DNA from: Candidatus Bathyarchaeia archaeon
GTDB lineage: Archaea; Thermoproteota; Bathyarchaeia; Bathyarchaeales; Bathycorpusculaceae
Direction: 5' to 3'
NCBI GenBank assembly: GCA_038883655.1
Contig: JAVZLQ010000004.1
Coordinates: 168,468 to 232,467 of the forward strand
DNA length: 64,000 nucleotides
This document shows positions 46,017 through 56,620 of this stretch, one piece after another (positions within the stretch are counted from its first letter, which is position 1; every line of letters starts with the position of its first letter). A program made the position numbers and the translations under genes. The notes beneath the pieces were generated by a model, which searched no databases, was not told the DNA's origin, and saw only the letters and a list, made by a program, of their open reading frames with translations.

Positions 46017-47441
46017 ATGCGAGAAAAAATCGAAAAAATCCTTAAAGCGGTTTTAGAGCGAATAACACCTAAAAAGCGAGAACGCGAAAAAATTGAAGCT
46101 TTAGCAGAAAAACTTGAGCGAAAAGTTGTTTCGGCATGCAAAGTTTTAGGCGTAAACGCCACTGTACGACTTGAGGGTTCTGTTGCAAAAGACACATGGC
46201 TCAGTGAGGAGCCAGACATCGATATTTTCATGCGTGTTCCAACATCAATCCCGCGAAAGTCGCTTGGCGAGGTCTGTCTAAAAGTGGCTAGAAAAGCAAC
46301 AGAAGGCGCGAAGCAGATCGAAAGGTTTGCTGAACACCCATATCTCGAGGCGATTGTTGAGGGCGTAAGAGTTAATATCGTGCCATGTTATGATGTGAAA
46401 CGCGGTGAGTGGTTAAGCGCCACGGATAGGACACCATACCACACAGATTACATTAAAAAGCATTTATCAGCGAAAATGCGTGATGAAGTGCGCTTGCTGA
46501 AGAAGTTTATGAAGGGCATAGGCGTTTATGGTGCTGAAATAAAAGTCGGCGGCTTCAGCGGCTACCTATGCGAACTCTTAATCTTACACCATAAAAGTTT
46601 CATTGACACTTTGAGGGCGTTCGCAGAAGCAAAACAACGCCTCATCATAGACATCGAAAACTATTATAGAGAAAGGCAAGACGAGCTTGTGCTTCTTTTT
46701 CCAGAACCACTAATACTCGTAGACCCGGTTGATAAAGGAAGAAACGTGGCTTCCGCCGTACAACCACAAAAACTTTACACGCTTATTGCAGCGTCCAGAA
46801 GCTTCCTAAAAAATCCAAGCATAGGCTTCTTTTATCCACCAGAAAAACAAGCATTAACCATTAGAGAACTTAAGGAAGAATTTAGAAAGCGCGGTTCAGC
46901 AACAATCTTCATAACGTTTGGAAAGGTTGACGCCGTGCCAGATGTTTTATGGGGACAACTCTACAAGACACAACGTTCGCTAGGCAAATTGCTTCAGCTC
47001 AACGACTTCAAGGTTTTGAGGCAAACCGCATGGAGCGACGAAAAAACGCTTAACACATTCATATTCGAACTTGAACAGCAAACCCTACCGCAAACAAAGA
47101 AACATTTGGGACCGCCAATGGAGAAGACAAGAGAATGCGAAAACTTTCTCAAAAAATACGTTGAAAACGTGGAAACTATATCTGGACCCTACATTGAAGA
47201 TGGAAGATGGGTTGTCGAAATTCGAAGAAGGTGCACAGATGCTGTTTCTTTGCTCAAGGAAAAACTAAAGGACGGTGGAAGGAGCGCTGGCGTCGCAGAA
47301 GAAATCTCAAAGAAAATGCGCGAAGAACTTAAAATCCTTGTTAACGATGAAATAGCAGATATTTACACTCGAAACAAGGAATTTGCAAAGTTCTTAACAG
47401 ATTTTCTTTCAGGCAAGCCGCATTGGTTAGAAGCCGCTTAA
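46017..47441 (+). CDS. cca: Archaeal class I CCA-adding enzyme
   Basis: GSVAKDTWL...DIDIF, AEHPY, DRTPYH, GVYGAE, GFSGYLCE, DPVD..RNVA. Confidence 0.96.
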   Translation: MREKIEKILKAVLERITPKKREREKIEALAEKLERKVVSACKVLGVNATVRLEGSVAKDTWLSEEPDIDIFMRVPTSIPRKSLGEVCLKVARKATEGAKQIERFAEHPYLEAIVEGVRVNIVPCYDVKRGEWLSATDRTPYHTDYIKKHLSAKMRDEVRLLKKFMKGIGVYGAEIKVGGFSGYLCELLILHHKSFIDTLRAFAEAKQRLIIDIENYYRERQDELVLLFPEPLILVDPVDKGRNVASAVQPQKLYTLIAASRSFLKNPSIGFFYPPEKQALTIRELKEEFRKRGSATIFITFGKVDAVPDVLWGQLYKTQRSLGKLLQLNDFKVLRQTAWSDEKTLNTFIFELEQQTLPQTKKHLGPPMEKTRECENFLKKYVENVETISGPYIEDGRWVVEIRRRCTDAVSLLKEKLKDGGRSAGVAEEISKKMREELKILVNDEIADIYTRNKEFAKFLTDFLSGKPHWLEAA

Positions 47442-48269
47442 ACTAAATGCAGCAAATATCACGCCAATAAGCCAACAGTAAAACGCGAAAAAGTGAAATT
47501 TCTTAACTGCCAAAGTTTTCCAGAGAATTTTCAGAGCAAAGTATCCAACAAACATCGACACAATAACGCCTGCAAGAATTTCTGTTAAACCCAAACCTGC
47601 AGATGCCAACGCACCATATTCCGTATAAAAGGTGTAGCCTATAGCGCCAATAACCGCTGGGATTGAGAGCAGAAAGGAGAATTTGAAGGCTTTTTCGCGT
47701 TTTAAACCTAATAGAAGCGCCGCCGCAATTGTTAGTCCGCTCCTTGAAAGCCCTGGGATTATGGCCATGCCCTCTGCAACGCCTACTACAATCGCTGTTG
47801 AAAAGCGTATTTCGTCTTTTTCCTCCTTTCCCATTTTCGAAAAATAGAGCATGACTCCGCATAGTATAAAAGAGGCTGCAATTAGCGTGAAATTTTGTGC
47901 CACCTGCTTTTCTGCAGTCTCTTCTAGGAGAAGACCAACCGCTATGGCGGGTATTGTTCCAACAATAATTAACGGCACAAGTTTCCCATTCTCCGTTTTA
48001 AAGTCTAACCTTACAAGCGCATGTAACATTTCTTTAATTTCCCTTCTAAAAAATAACATTACAACAGCAAGTGTTCCAATGTGGAGAGCAAAATCAAAAA
48101 CAAGCGAGTCTTCTGGAGATGAAAACTGAAGAAAGCGTTCAACCACCTTCAAATGTCCAGTGCTTGAAATTGGAAGCCACTCGGTAAAACCTTGAATCAA
48201 CCCGAGAATCACTGTTTTTATAAGCTGTTCCAACCACGGCAAATGCTTCAGCCCACATCTCTTTTTCAC
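47427..48269 (-). CDS. uppP: Undecaprenyl-diphosphate phosphatase (BacA)
   Basis: QGFTEWLPISSTGH, PGLSRSG, FSFLLSIP. Confidence 0.93.
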   Translation of the reverse strand: MKKRCGLKHLPWLEQLIKTVILGLIQGFTEWLPISSTGHLKVVERFLQFSSPEDSLVFDFALHIGTLAVVMLFFRREIKEMLHALVRLDFKTENGKLVPLIIVGTIPAIAVGLLLEETAEKQVAQNFTLIAASFILCGVMLYFSKMGKEEKDEIRFSTAIVVGVAEGMAIIPGLSRSGLTIAAALLLGLKREKAFKFSFLLSIPAVIGAIGYTFYTEYGALASAGLGLTEILAGVIVSMFVGYFALKILWKTLAVKKFHFFAFYCWLIGVIFAAFSLSGF

Positions 48270-48330
48270 TATTTCTAGGTTAGGTTTAAAAGATTAACCA
48301 ACAATAATTGTCGAATCTCGGGTGCACGGC

Positions 48331-48876
48331 ATGAGTGAATATCCAAGTGGAAGCCGCGAAGACCGCGAAATGTTATCCAAAATGCCCATTGAAAAGCTTT
48401 TAGACATATTTTTCCTTCAAATTCGAAACCTATGGAGGGTTGATGGACTATACTTTCTGGGAATAGAGAAAAAGTTTGGAACAGAAGCCGCCACAGAAAT
48501 TGACGCTGGAGTTTGGGAAGCCATGGCTCAGATTGAAGCGAAAAGCCTACAGAGAATGTTCAATGTTGGCGAAAGCCCCGACGTGCAAACGATAATGAAT
48601 CTTTTGCGATTATCAAGTTGGGTTCTAGACCAGCCCTTCAAAACTGTCGAAGTAAGCAAAAATAGAGCTGTTTTAAGCATTGATAGGTGTAGAACCCAAG
48701 AGGCTCGTCGAAACAAGGGACTTGACGAATTTCCATGCAAGAAGGTGCGTTTTGGCTATCTCAAAAAATTCGCGGAAACGTTAAACCCAAAGGTTGAAGT
48801 GAAATGCCTAATTTGCCCACCAAACCAGCATCCAAAAGACTTGTGGTGCAAGTGGGAATTCAAAATGCGCTCATGA
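48331..48876 (+). CDS. DUF6125-like protein
   Basis: W.VDGLYF..IE..FG, CRTQ.AR...G..EFPC, C..CPP..HP...WCKWEF. Confidence 0.75.
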   Translation: MSEYPSGSREDREMLSKMPIEKLLDIFFLQIRNLWRVDGLYFLGIEKKFGTEAATEIDAGVWEAMAQIEAKSLQRMFNVGESPDVQTIMNLLRLSSWVLDQPFKTVEVSKNRAVLSIDRCRTQEARRNKGLDEFPCKKVRFGYLKKFAETLNPKVEVKCLICPPNQHPKDLWCKWEFKMRS

Positions 48877-48877
48877 T

Positions 48878-48947
48878 TTGCGCCGTCCCGATGACATAAA
48901 CCATCAAAGTATTCTTCCTCATAATTACCATCGAGAGAACGGCGCAA
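48878..48947 (-). ncRNA. Candidate structured hairpin RNA
   Basis: TTGCGCCG/CGGCGCAA plus TCTCGATGG/TCATCGGGA stems, with G-U pairs only on the minus strand. TATA-like TTTAATAG lies about 22 nt upstream. Confidence 0.4.
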
Positions 48948-49021
48948 GTTACTGTAACAGAGTTTATACTATTAAAATAAATGTGGAGAAACGATTAGCC
49001 TAAGTGTTGGTCAGCGTAACT

Positions 49022-49162
49022 CTAATATCTTCGTCTTTGACTTCTTCTCTTCGACCAACATTCTCGGCAGTAAACTGGTCTGCTTGGGTCAGGCTTGAAT
49101 GGAACTTCGCATTCCTGTCCACAATCAGCGCAGACTGCCTTATGCATTTGCTTATCTGACAT
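49022..49162 (-). CDS. CxxC-x17-CxxC small zinc-finger protein (46 aa, absent from the ORF track)
   Basis: Manual translation: MSDKQMHKAVCADCGQECEVPFKPDPSRPVYCRECWSKRRSQRRRY*. Confidence 0.92.
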   Translation of the reverse strand: MSDKQMHKAVCADCGQECEVPFKPDPSRPVYCRECWSKRRSQRRRY

Positions 49163-49317
49163 TTACACTTTCAACTCCTATACTTTTATTGTGCAAAAAC
49201 AGCCTAAGCACGCTTTTGCACGATGCACACATCAATTGCACAGCTGCTTATAAAACTTGCCATCAGAATACCCTAAATAGTCCTAAAAATCCTAATAAAT
49301 GCGAGGAGGCTAAGCAA

Positions 49318-49599
49318 TTGAAGTTGCTGCTGGACGAGATGTACGCTGGACTAAAAGAGTATTTCGAAACCTTAGGATATGAGGTCCTAACCGTGCATGA
49401 AGTTGGACTGCAAGGTGCGAGGGATAAAGACATTGTGGAATACGCCAAGAAAAACAATCTGCTGCTAATCACGCAAGACCAGAAACCAGCGGAACTCGCG
49501 GAACTCATGGGCGTAAGATGTGTGTTGATTTCTAACGCGCTCATTGCTAAAATAGCGGATGAGAGGATAAAAGAAAAATATCCTGACATAAAACCTTAA
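49318..49599 (+). CDS. DUF5615/Mut7-C PIN-like protein
   Basis: LLLDEM, GA.D.DI..YA, LITQD; TTG start at 49318. Confidence 0.8.
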   Translation: MKLLLDEMYAGLKEYFETLGYEVLTVHEVGLQGARDKDIVEYAKKNNLLLITQDQKPAELAELMGVRCVLISNALIAKIADERIKEKYPDIKP

Positions 49600-49613
49600 T
49601 GTGGTGAACGCGC

Positions 49614-49874
49614 ATGTCCACAATTGAAGTTAAAGTAGTAAGCCAGAAGGGGAAATGTGCTTTTGGGCATAAGGTAGGCGATAAAATAGTTTTTGATGGC
49701 AAATCTGTGAAGGGGGATATATGCTATAGCGCTCTTATGGTTTTGCTGCCTAAAGTTTATGCCATGCGTTACGGTGTTGAATTTCCATGGAGCGAAGACA
49801 AGGATGTAATTTTTAATGCTTGTCCAGATGCTGAAAACCCTGTTGTCTTTGAAATTCGAAGGATTAGAAAATAG
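49614..49874 (+). CDS. TIGR04076-like small Cys protein
   Basis: G.C..GHKVGD, IC..A, CPD..NPVVFEIRR. Confidence 0.8.
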   Translation: MSTIEVKVVSQKGKCAFGHKVGDKIVFDGKSVKGDICYSALMVLLPKVYAMRYGVEFPWSEDKDVIFNACPDAENPVVFEIRRIRK

Positions 49875-49890
49875 TTTAACGTTATTTTTG

Positions 49891-50964
49891 CTAAATGAGC
49901 GTTTTCTGTTTTTCCGCTGATGTGAAATTTGAAACTTTTACGCCTATAAGCCTCACTTTCTTGTCAAGCCTTAGGTATGGTTGTATTAGTTCTTTTGCTG
50001 TTTTCTTCAGGTCTTCTAGGCGGTTTGTTATGAATGGTAGTGTTTTGCTATGTGTGTGCGTCTCGAAGTCTTCGTATCGAATTTTGACTGTTACTGTTTT
50101 GAAGTTTAGCTGTTGCCTTATGACATCTTTGTGGGCATCTTCTGCGAGCTTTTCCAAAGTATTTTGAATTAATGTAAAATCTGAAGTGTCTTCTTCGAAT
50201 GTTATGTCTCGGCTGATGGATTTTATTTCGCCCCTTTGTTCAACTTCGCTTTTGTCTATGCCGTGCGCCATCAAGTAAAGCTGTGTGCCCATAACCCCAA
50301 AATTTTCAGTCAAGACAGTTGGGTCGTAACGGGCCAAGTCGCCTATCGTTTTTATGCCCATAGCCCTCAGCTTCTGTTCGGTTTTCCTTCCAACCCACAA
50401 GAGTTTGCGGATTGGAAGCGGAGCCAAAACCCTTTCAACTTCGTCTTCTCTTATGATTGTTAATCCGTCTGGTTTTTGTATGTCACTTGCTATTTTTGCC
50501 ACAAGTTTGTTTGGACCAATGCCAATTGAACATGTTAATCTCTCTTTTTCATAGATTTCCCTTTTAATTTGCCTCGCAAGTGCTTCAGCTTCAGCGTAAT
50601 CGCTAGCCCTAGACGTAACGTCTAGGAAAGCTTCGTCTATTCCCCACTGTTCGAATTTGTCTGCGTATTTTCGCAGTATGCCCATGATCTCGTTTGAAAC
50701 TTTCGTATACAATTCGTAATTTACTGGTAGGTATATGGCTTCTGGGCAGAGTTTCCAAGCCTTTGATATGGGCATGCCAGACCTAACGCCATACTTTCTA
50801 GCCTCGTAATTGCATGTGCTTACTACGCCTCTTCCTTTCCCGCCTTTTGGGTCAGCTCCAACAATTACTGGTTTTCCCTTGTATTCTGGGTGCTCCCGCT
50901 CCTCAACCGCCGTGAAGAAGTGGTCCATGTCTATGTGGAAAATTATCCGTCTTTTCTCGCTCAT
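49891..50964 (-). CDS. dinB: Y-family DNA polymerase IV
   Basis: HIDMDHFF, CNYEAR.YGV.SGM, IDEAFLD, AKIASD..KPDG, VRLIGV. Confidence 0.95.
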   Translation of the reverse strand: MSEKRRIIFHIDMDHFFTAVEEREHPEYKGKPVIVGADPKGGKGRGVVSTCNYEARKYGVRSGMPISKAWKLCPEAIYLPVNYELYTKVSNEIMGILRKYADKFEQWGIDEAFLDVTSRASDYAEAEALARQIKREIYEKERLTCSIGIGPNKLVAKIASDIQKPDGLTIIREDEVERVLAPLPIRKLLWVGRKTEQKLRAMGIKTIGDLARYDPTVLTENFGVMGTQLYLMAHGIDKSEVEQRGEIKSISRDITFEEDTSDFTLIQNTLEKLAEDAHKDVIRQQLNFKTVTVKIRYEDFETHTHSKTLPFITNRLEDLKKTAKELIQPYLRLDKKVRLIGVKVSNFTSAEKQKTLI

Positions 50965-51122
50965 GCTTTTCCAAGTTTAAGACTGTGCTTTTGCTGATTT
51001 GAACCTATCGCGAAAATGTGTACGCCACTGTGCATATGTGGAACTTCACTAACGATTTTCCATTCATAACATTTAATGCTCCCATGTATCCTAATAAGAC
51101 GGAACGGTTGGGGGAAACGCTG

Positions 51123-51350
51123 ATGGGAGAAATATCCACAGAAGCTGCCCGTCAAATAGTCGTGGACTTCGTTAAGCAGAGAAAGAAAGCAGAGCGTGTA
51201 GAAATATCCACTGTTGAGCAGAAGGGTAGCTGCTGGGTTGTGAGGGGTACATGTCCAATAGACTTGGAAGGACATCCATGGGCTGAAAGGTTCGAGATAG
51301 TCGTGGACCAGAAAGGGAAAATCAAGTCGACGGACTTTGCACTATTATAA
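51123..51350 (+). CDS. Small hypothetical protein
   Basis: ATG at 51123; helix + beta-strand pattern. Confidence 0.6.
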   Translation: MGEISTEAARQIVVDFVKQRKKAERVEISTVEQKGSCWVVRGTCPIDLEGHPWAERFEIVVDQKGKIKSTDFALL

Positions 51351-51359
51351 TCATGTAAT

Positions 51360-52037
51360 TTACAAAACCTTTCTTTTCAGCTTGCCGTCATGCATCACGT
51401 AAATTGCATCTGCAACCTCAACAATTTTTTCATCATGAGTTGCAACAATAACAGTTCTCTTTTCGCTTTTACTCATGTTAAAAAGCAAGGAAATAATTTC
51501 CTTGGCGGTTTCCGAGTCAAGCTCACCAGTAGGCTCATCAGCAATAATCAGTTCGGGATTGTTAGCTAAAGCTCTGGCTATTGCCACACGCTGCATTTCA
51601 CCCATACTCAACTCTTTGGGTCTATGATGAAGCCTCTCGCTTAAACCAACGGCTTCAAGAAGTTTTATCGCGTTTTCCCGCTGCTCTTTTTGGGGTTTGC
51701 CAGCCAAAGCCATAGGCAACTCAACATTTTCCAGAGCTGATAACGTGGGTAGCAGATTAAATGTTTGGAAGATGAAGCCCATTTTAAGAAGCCTTATTTT
51801 TCTCCTTTGCGAGCTAGAAAGTAGGGTTGTATCAATGTCATCTATAATTACTTTCCCATGGTTTGGGTAATCATTCAAGCCGATAAGATTTAACAGTGTA
51901 GATTTTCCCGCTCCCGAGGGTCCAACAATTGCTATAAAGCCTGCTTCATTAACATCAAAACTAACTTTGTTGACGGCAATTATTTCTGAGGAGCCCACGC
52001 GAAATATTCGCGTTAAGTCTACTGTTTTAATTTTCAT
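51360..52037 (-). CDS. ABC ATP-binding protein (LolD/MacB family)
   Basis: GPSGAGKS, FQTFNL, LSMGE, ADEPTG, THD. Confidence 0.93.
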   Translation of the reverse strand: MKIKTVDLTRIFRVGSSEIIAVNKVSFDVNEAGFIAIVGPSGAGKSTLLNLIGLNDYPNHGKVIIDDIDTTLLSSSQRRKIRLLKMGFIFQTFNLLPTLSALENVELPMALAGKPQKEQRENAIKLLEAVGLSERLHHRPKELSMGEMQRVAIARALANNPELIIADEPTGELDSETAKEIISLLFNMSKSEKRTVIVATHDEKIVEVADAIYVMHDGKLKRKVL

Positions 52038-53214
52038 CAGTATTCAACCTTTAAAACCTCGGTTATCTTCATCTTTGCAGCAGCTACTGAAGGAATTATG
52101 CCTGCAACGCAACTAACTGATACCGTGGATACTAATACTTTCAGCATTAGAGTTGGTGGGGTGATGTCAAAAATTCCTGGTAAAAACAGCGATATTGGTA
52201 TGCTTGTGTATATGCTTGCAACGATGATTGCCAAAAACGAACCTAGTAGTATTCCCGCTTGGCCGCCTAAAAGTCCCATAAGTCCAGTTTCCATGATAAC
52301 CATTTTGTAGATGAAGCTTTTTGGGGCACCTATAGCGTCTAATGTGGCGAAATCTCTTCTTCTCTCGGAAACGTTCATCATTGCAACTGCTGTTACGAAT
52401 ATCATGCTTAATATGAAAAGCACTGTTGTTACTCCAAGCACCCATATTTCAATATTGTTTATTAGTGGTTGTGCAAGGTTTGTTCTTTCTTCTTCCGTCA
52501 AAGCGTCAATATTTTCAATCCGTGTTTCGATGCTTTCCGCCAACTCTTTTATATTGACCCCTTCTTCCGGCTCCACGACTATCAAGTTAACCAGGTTGTA
52601 ATAATTGTATATTTTTTGAGCAATGTCGAGGGAGGTTAAAATTGAACGTGACAGTATAGCGGAACTTGTATCTAACACCCCAGTTATCACTAAATCATAA
52701 TTATTCAACTTAATATGGTTCCCTATTGAAAGGTTAAATTGGGCGGAGAGGGAGGAACCGATAACCGCCTCATATTCGCTTTTAGAGGGCCAGTTTCCAC
52801 CGGTTTTTAGGGGGTTGGTCCTACAAGAACAGACCAGTTTCCGTGGGGTATGCCTATAGTGAAGTTTTTTGGTGAAATTTCGATTGTTCCGTCGAAGTTA
52901 AAAATAAAGAGCATTGGAATGGCATTTTTGACTCCTGAGATGTTCTGTAGTTTGCCGGTTATGGTTTGTGGAAGATTTCCAGTTGATATTGGAAATGCTT
53001 CTATTACTATTGTTCCTTTGCTTACGACCACGATTTTTCCGTTGAAGTAGGTGTGCATCTCCCTTATTATTGATATGTATCTGGAGGTTGTCGCCCCTAT
53101 CGTTATTATTAAACTTGTGGCTAACGTTATGCCAAGAATACAGAGAAAGGTTCTCAAGCGTCTACGACAAAGGTTTCGGAAGCACATAGTCAAAGTTCTC
53201 AGATTTTGCACCAT
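52037..53214 (-). pseudogene. MacB/FtsX-type ABC permease split by a 1-nt frameshift
   Basis: N-terminal half (RNL.RRRLRT.L) ends GPTP*. The other frame continues LKTGGNWPS...EAVIG and ERRRDFATLDAIGA. The shift falls at the G5 run 52810-52814. Confidence 0.75.
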
Positions 53215-53307
53215 CCATCATTTTGGTTAGATTTTAGTTCTAGGATTAAATTGCAAAGATAATATATAGGAGCATTTGCATATATATGGTGCACGCTGGG
53301 AGAAGGC

Positions 53308-56035
53308 ATGTTGAGGATAAAAAAACTTGTGTCGATTATGATGTTGTTGCTTTTGGCGTTACCGATCTCTCCCGTTTTTGCTGGAGTAAAACTTGAGGCG
53401 TTTGCCGATGGTTCTGCTTATTTAACGGGCAACATAATTGATAGAGGCGTAGACATAGACTATGATGTAGATTTTGACTATCTGGAAGTTAGCGTTGAAA
53501 TCAATGTCACATTAGCGGGGTATTATGAAGTTTATATTTCCAATCTTAGGGATCTTAGCGGCAATTACATTAGTGTTTATGGCTATAGCTACTCGTATCT
53601 TAATGTAGGTGTACAATTTGTGTACCTCGCATTAAACGGCGAACAGATTTATTCTTCTGGGCGTAACCCCAGCAGTGTTTCATATATAGCGCTATACGAT
53701 GAAGAATGGAACCTTTTAGGAAGCCTTTCTGGTGTGCCTCTCTCCCGAGAATATCACTACTATGAGTTTGACCTCCCACCAGCTTATTTTACAGGTGCAA
53801 TTTCCGATGAGGGGATGGATGCTGATGGGGACGGAAAGTTTGATTACCTTAAAGTTGGCGTGGAAGTTAGCGTAATAGAAGAAGGGCTATATCAAGTTGG
53901 CATATCTGGACTGGTTGCAGGTAGCAATAACATTTACGTATCTGATTTTGATGTTTCGCCTTTGAATATGGGCACGCAGTATGTGTATCTAAAGCTTCAT
54001 GGTCCAACAATCTATTCATCAAATTTAAATGCAACAGCGGTGAGTTACATGTACCTTTACAAGATCGATTACTTCTACTCAAAATGGCTAGGAAGCATAA
54101 GTGACATTCCGCTTTCTCGTGAATATCACTATTATGAGTTTGACCCTCCATTTGCTGATATAGAAGCAAAGTTTACAGTGTATCCCGACGGACGAGTAGT
54201 TATGGGTGGGACACTAAACTATACGCACCTTCCATACCCCTACATTAGCGGAATGGATGCTTCTGGAGATGTAAGCTTTAAAGGGACAGATGGTTCAACA
54301 GAGATGTCTGCAAACATTGCCTTTATGGTTCAAGAACACATTGCAGATGTGTTCCCATATTATGGCACGTCTTTCCAACTAAATGGCACATACCTTGGCG
54401 GGATGGCGGACATTGGCATAACTGCATCTGTCAACTTCCCAGAAAGCTTGGCATCGCAATTCCCGCTAAACCTATCGGACTTTACGGTAATAGCTGACTA
54501 TGCAAACAACGAATTAACTGGCACAATAACAGTACCATTAATTTCGGGCATGCCCATAGCCACACTAAACGTGAACTTTCATGGAAACATAACAGACCTA
54601 TTCCTCAGCGATGAGCTTGAAGTGGTTTATGGCACATACTTTGGCTACGAAGTAAACGAGACTATTGTGGAAAACTTGCTTCTGCAGTTAAATAGCACGA
54701 TTCCTGGAAAAGGATCAGGCTCGTTATATGAATTTACACAGGGCATACTTGAGTGTATTTGGCTTAACACAACCATGGATAAAAGGACTGACGGGGCAAC
54801 AATATCATTCAACGCGTATATCCATGGAGATTTCATTCGATACTTTGTATTAGTCATGTCAGGCTATGAGAACTCAGGTTTATACCGGCTCTTAAACGCG
54901 CTCGTTTACTCAATTGAAACTGGCCAGTTTGAGCTTTCCTATGCGAAAACATTCGGAACAGCTTCGATGGATTTGGACTTTACTGCTAACATCGCTAGAT
55001 TGTGGTCAACGCTTGAGGAGACTATACCTCCAGACGTCCCACCACAACAGAGAGAGCCAATAGAGCTTTTCTTAAACACAACTTTTTGCACGGTGGAATC
55101 CGCGCAAGTTTATTGGACATACGCAAACTGTAGGTCAGACATGCAGATAAACGCTACAATTGGCGGCGATTTCAACACTGAGCTCAACTTCATCAAAAAT
55201 CTATACGTGACATATGTCAGTCCGTACCCACCCTCAATATGGCAATTTATCAACAGCACCGAATTAGACCTAAGCAATCTGCATGTCACATTTAACGTGA
55301 CCAGAACGTCTATGCTCCGTAGAAAACTTTGTGGTAAAACCACCAACAGACCCTGTTGATTCCAACCCTAACCAGTTTAAACTCACAAGATTCTTTAACC
55401 TAACTTATTCGCCTTACGGCGAACCCCCAACAAAAGATTCAAGGCTAAAAATAACCGTTGAGGGAGGATACAACTCAACTCATACGGTCACCATGATAAG
55501 CCCGCCAACAGTACCGCCGCCAGACATTGTATCACCAGATGGAACATACCTAATTTGGCTAAACCAAAGCGTAAGCGGTTTAAGAGACTTAACATTTGAC
55601 ATAAAATATCAAGGCGTTTTTGTGTGGGAAGAGGAGACATACCGCGTTATATTTGACACAAACTCAACGATAGAGAATTTCAACTTTGACCGCGACCAGC
55701 AGCAATTCAGCTTCAATGTAACAGGGGAGCCAGGCACAACGAGCTACTGCAACATCAGCATACCTAAAGCGTTACTTTACGCCGCACCTGAAAGTTGGGT
55801 TATCATGGTTGATGGACATCAGCTTCAGTATCCAGATGAATACAATGTTACAGAAACCGACACTCACACCTTCATATACTTCATCTTTACCCATAGCACA
55901 CATACCATTATAATTCAGGGCACAGAGGTGGTCAGCGAATTCGACGCAGCTATGCTCCTGTCATTGCTTTTAATAACTACACTCCTAGTGGTATCAACTA
56001 ATAGAATTAAAATTAAAAGAAAAGGCAATTATTAA
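53308..56035 (+). pseudogene. Large secreted cell-surface glycoprotein split by a frameshift near 55301-55359
   Basis: Signal peptide, two ~125-aa repeats with DxDxD motifs, many sequons. The second ORF carries VVSEF + TM + basic tail. Confidence 0.7.
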
Positions 56036-56139
56036 AACAACCCATAGCCACGCATTTCCAAAAGAAAACTAAATCAAATCCCTATTTTCCGTAAATTATA
56101 AAGGACTAGTAGCCACTTTATTATTTTGAGGATTAGAGT

Positions 56140-56607
56140 TTGTTTCAGAAAATTTTGGTTCCGCTTGATGGTTCTGAACATTCACTTAGGGCTTTAAACG
56201 TTGCCATACAATTAGCCAAAAAGTTTGATGGAAAAATAACGCTTATCCATGTTTATTCTGTCGCCGTGAGGCCAGTTATGGTCCCAGAAACCGCAACCGC
56301 GCCTCCTCCCATAATTCCTGTAATGACGCCAATGGAGGTTTCAAGGGTCGCTGAGGCTGCAAGGAAAGCTGGGAGTGGAATTCTAGCGGATGGGGCGCAG
56401 AGGGTTGAGGCTGAAGGCGTTCATGTGGAAACGGTTTTGAGGGAGGGCAACACCGTTCAGGAGATCGTTAGAACTGTGGTTGAAGGCAAATTTGATATAA
56501 TAGTTATGGGGGCTAGGGGCTTAAGCAAGATAAAGGAGCTTCTCCTAGGAAGCGTCAGCGACGGAGTTTTAAGGAACGCCCCATGCCCAGTTCTAATAGT
56601 TAAGTAG
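56140..56607 (+). CDS. Universal stress protein
   Basis: KILVPLDGS, IVMGARG, LLGSVS, PCPVLIVK. Confidence 0.95.
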   Translation: MFQKILVPLDGSEHSLRALNVAIQLAKKFDGKITLIHVYSVAVRPVMVPETATAPPPIIPVMTPMEVSRVAEAARKAGSGILADGAQRVEAEGVHVETVLREGNTVQEIVRTVVEGKFDIIVMGARGLSKIKELLLGSVSDGVLRNAPCPVLIVK

Positions 56608-56620
56608 GCAGCAAGCTAGG

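Noticed and set aside
49099-49317. N-terminal extension of the PIN-like ORF
   Set aside because: It overlaps the real minus-strand CxxC gene and its promoter region. The domain starts at TTG 49318.
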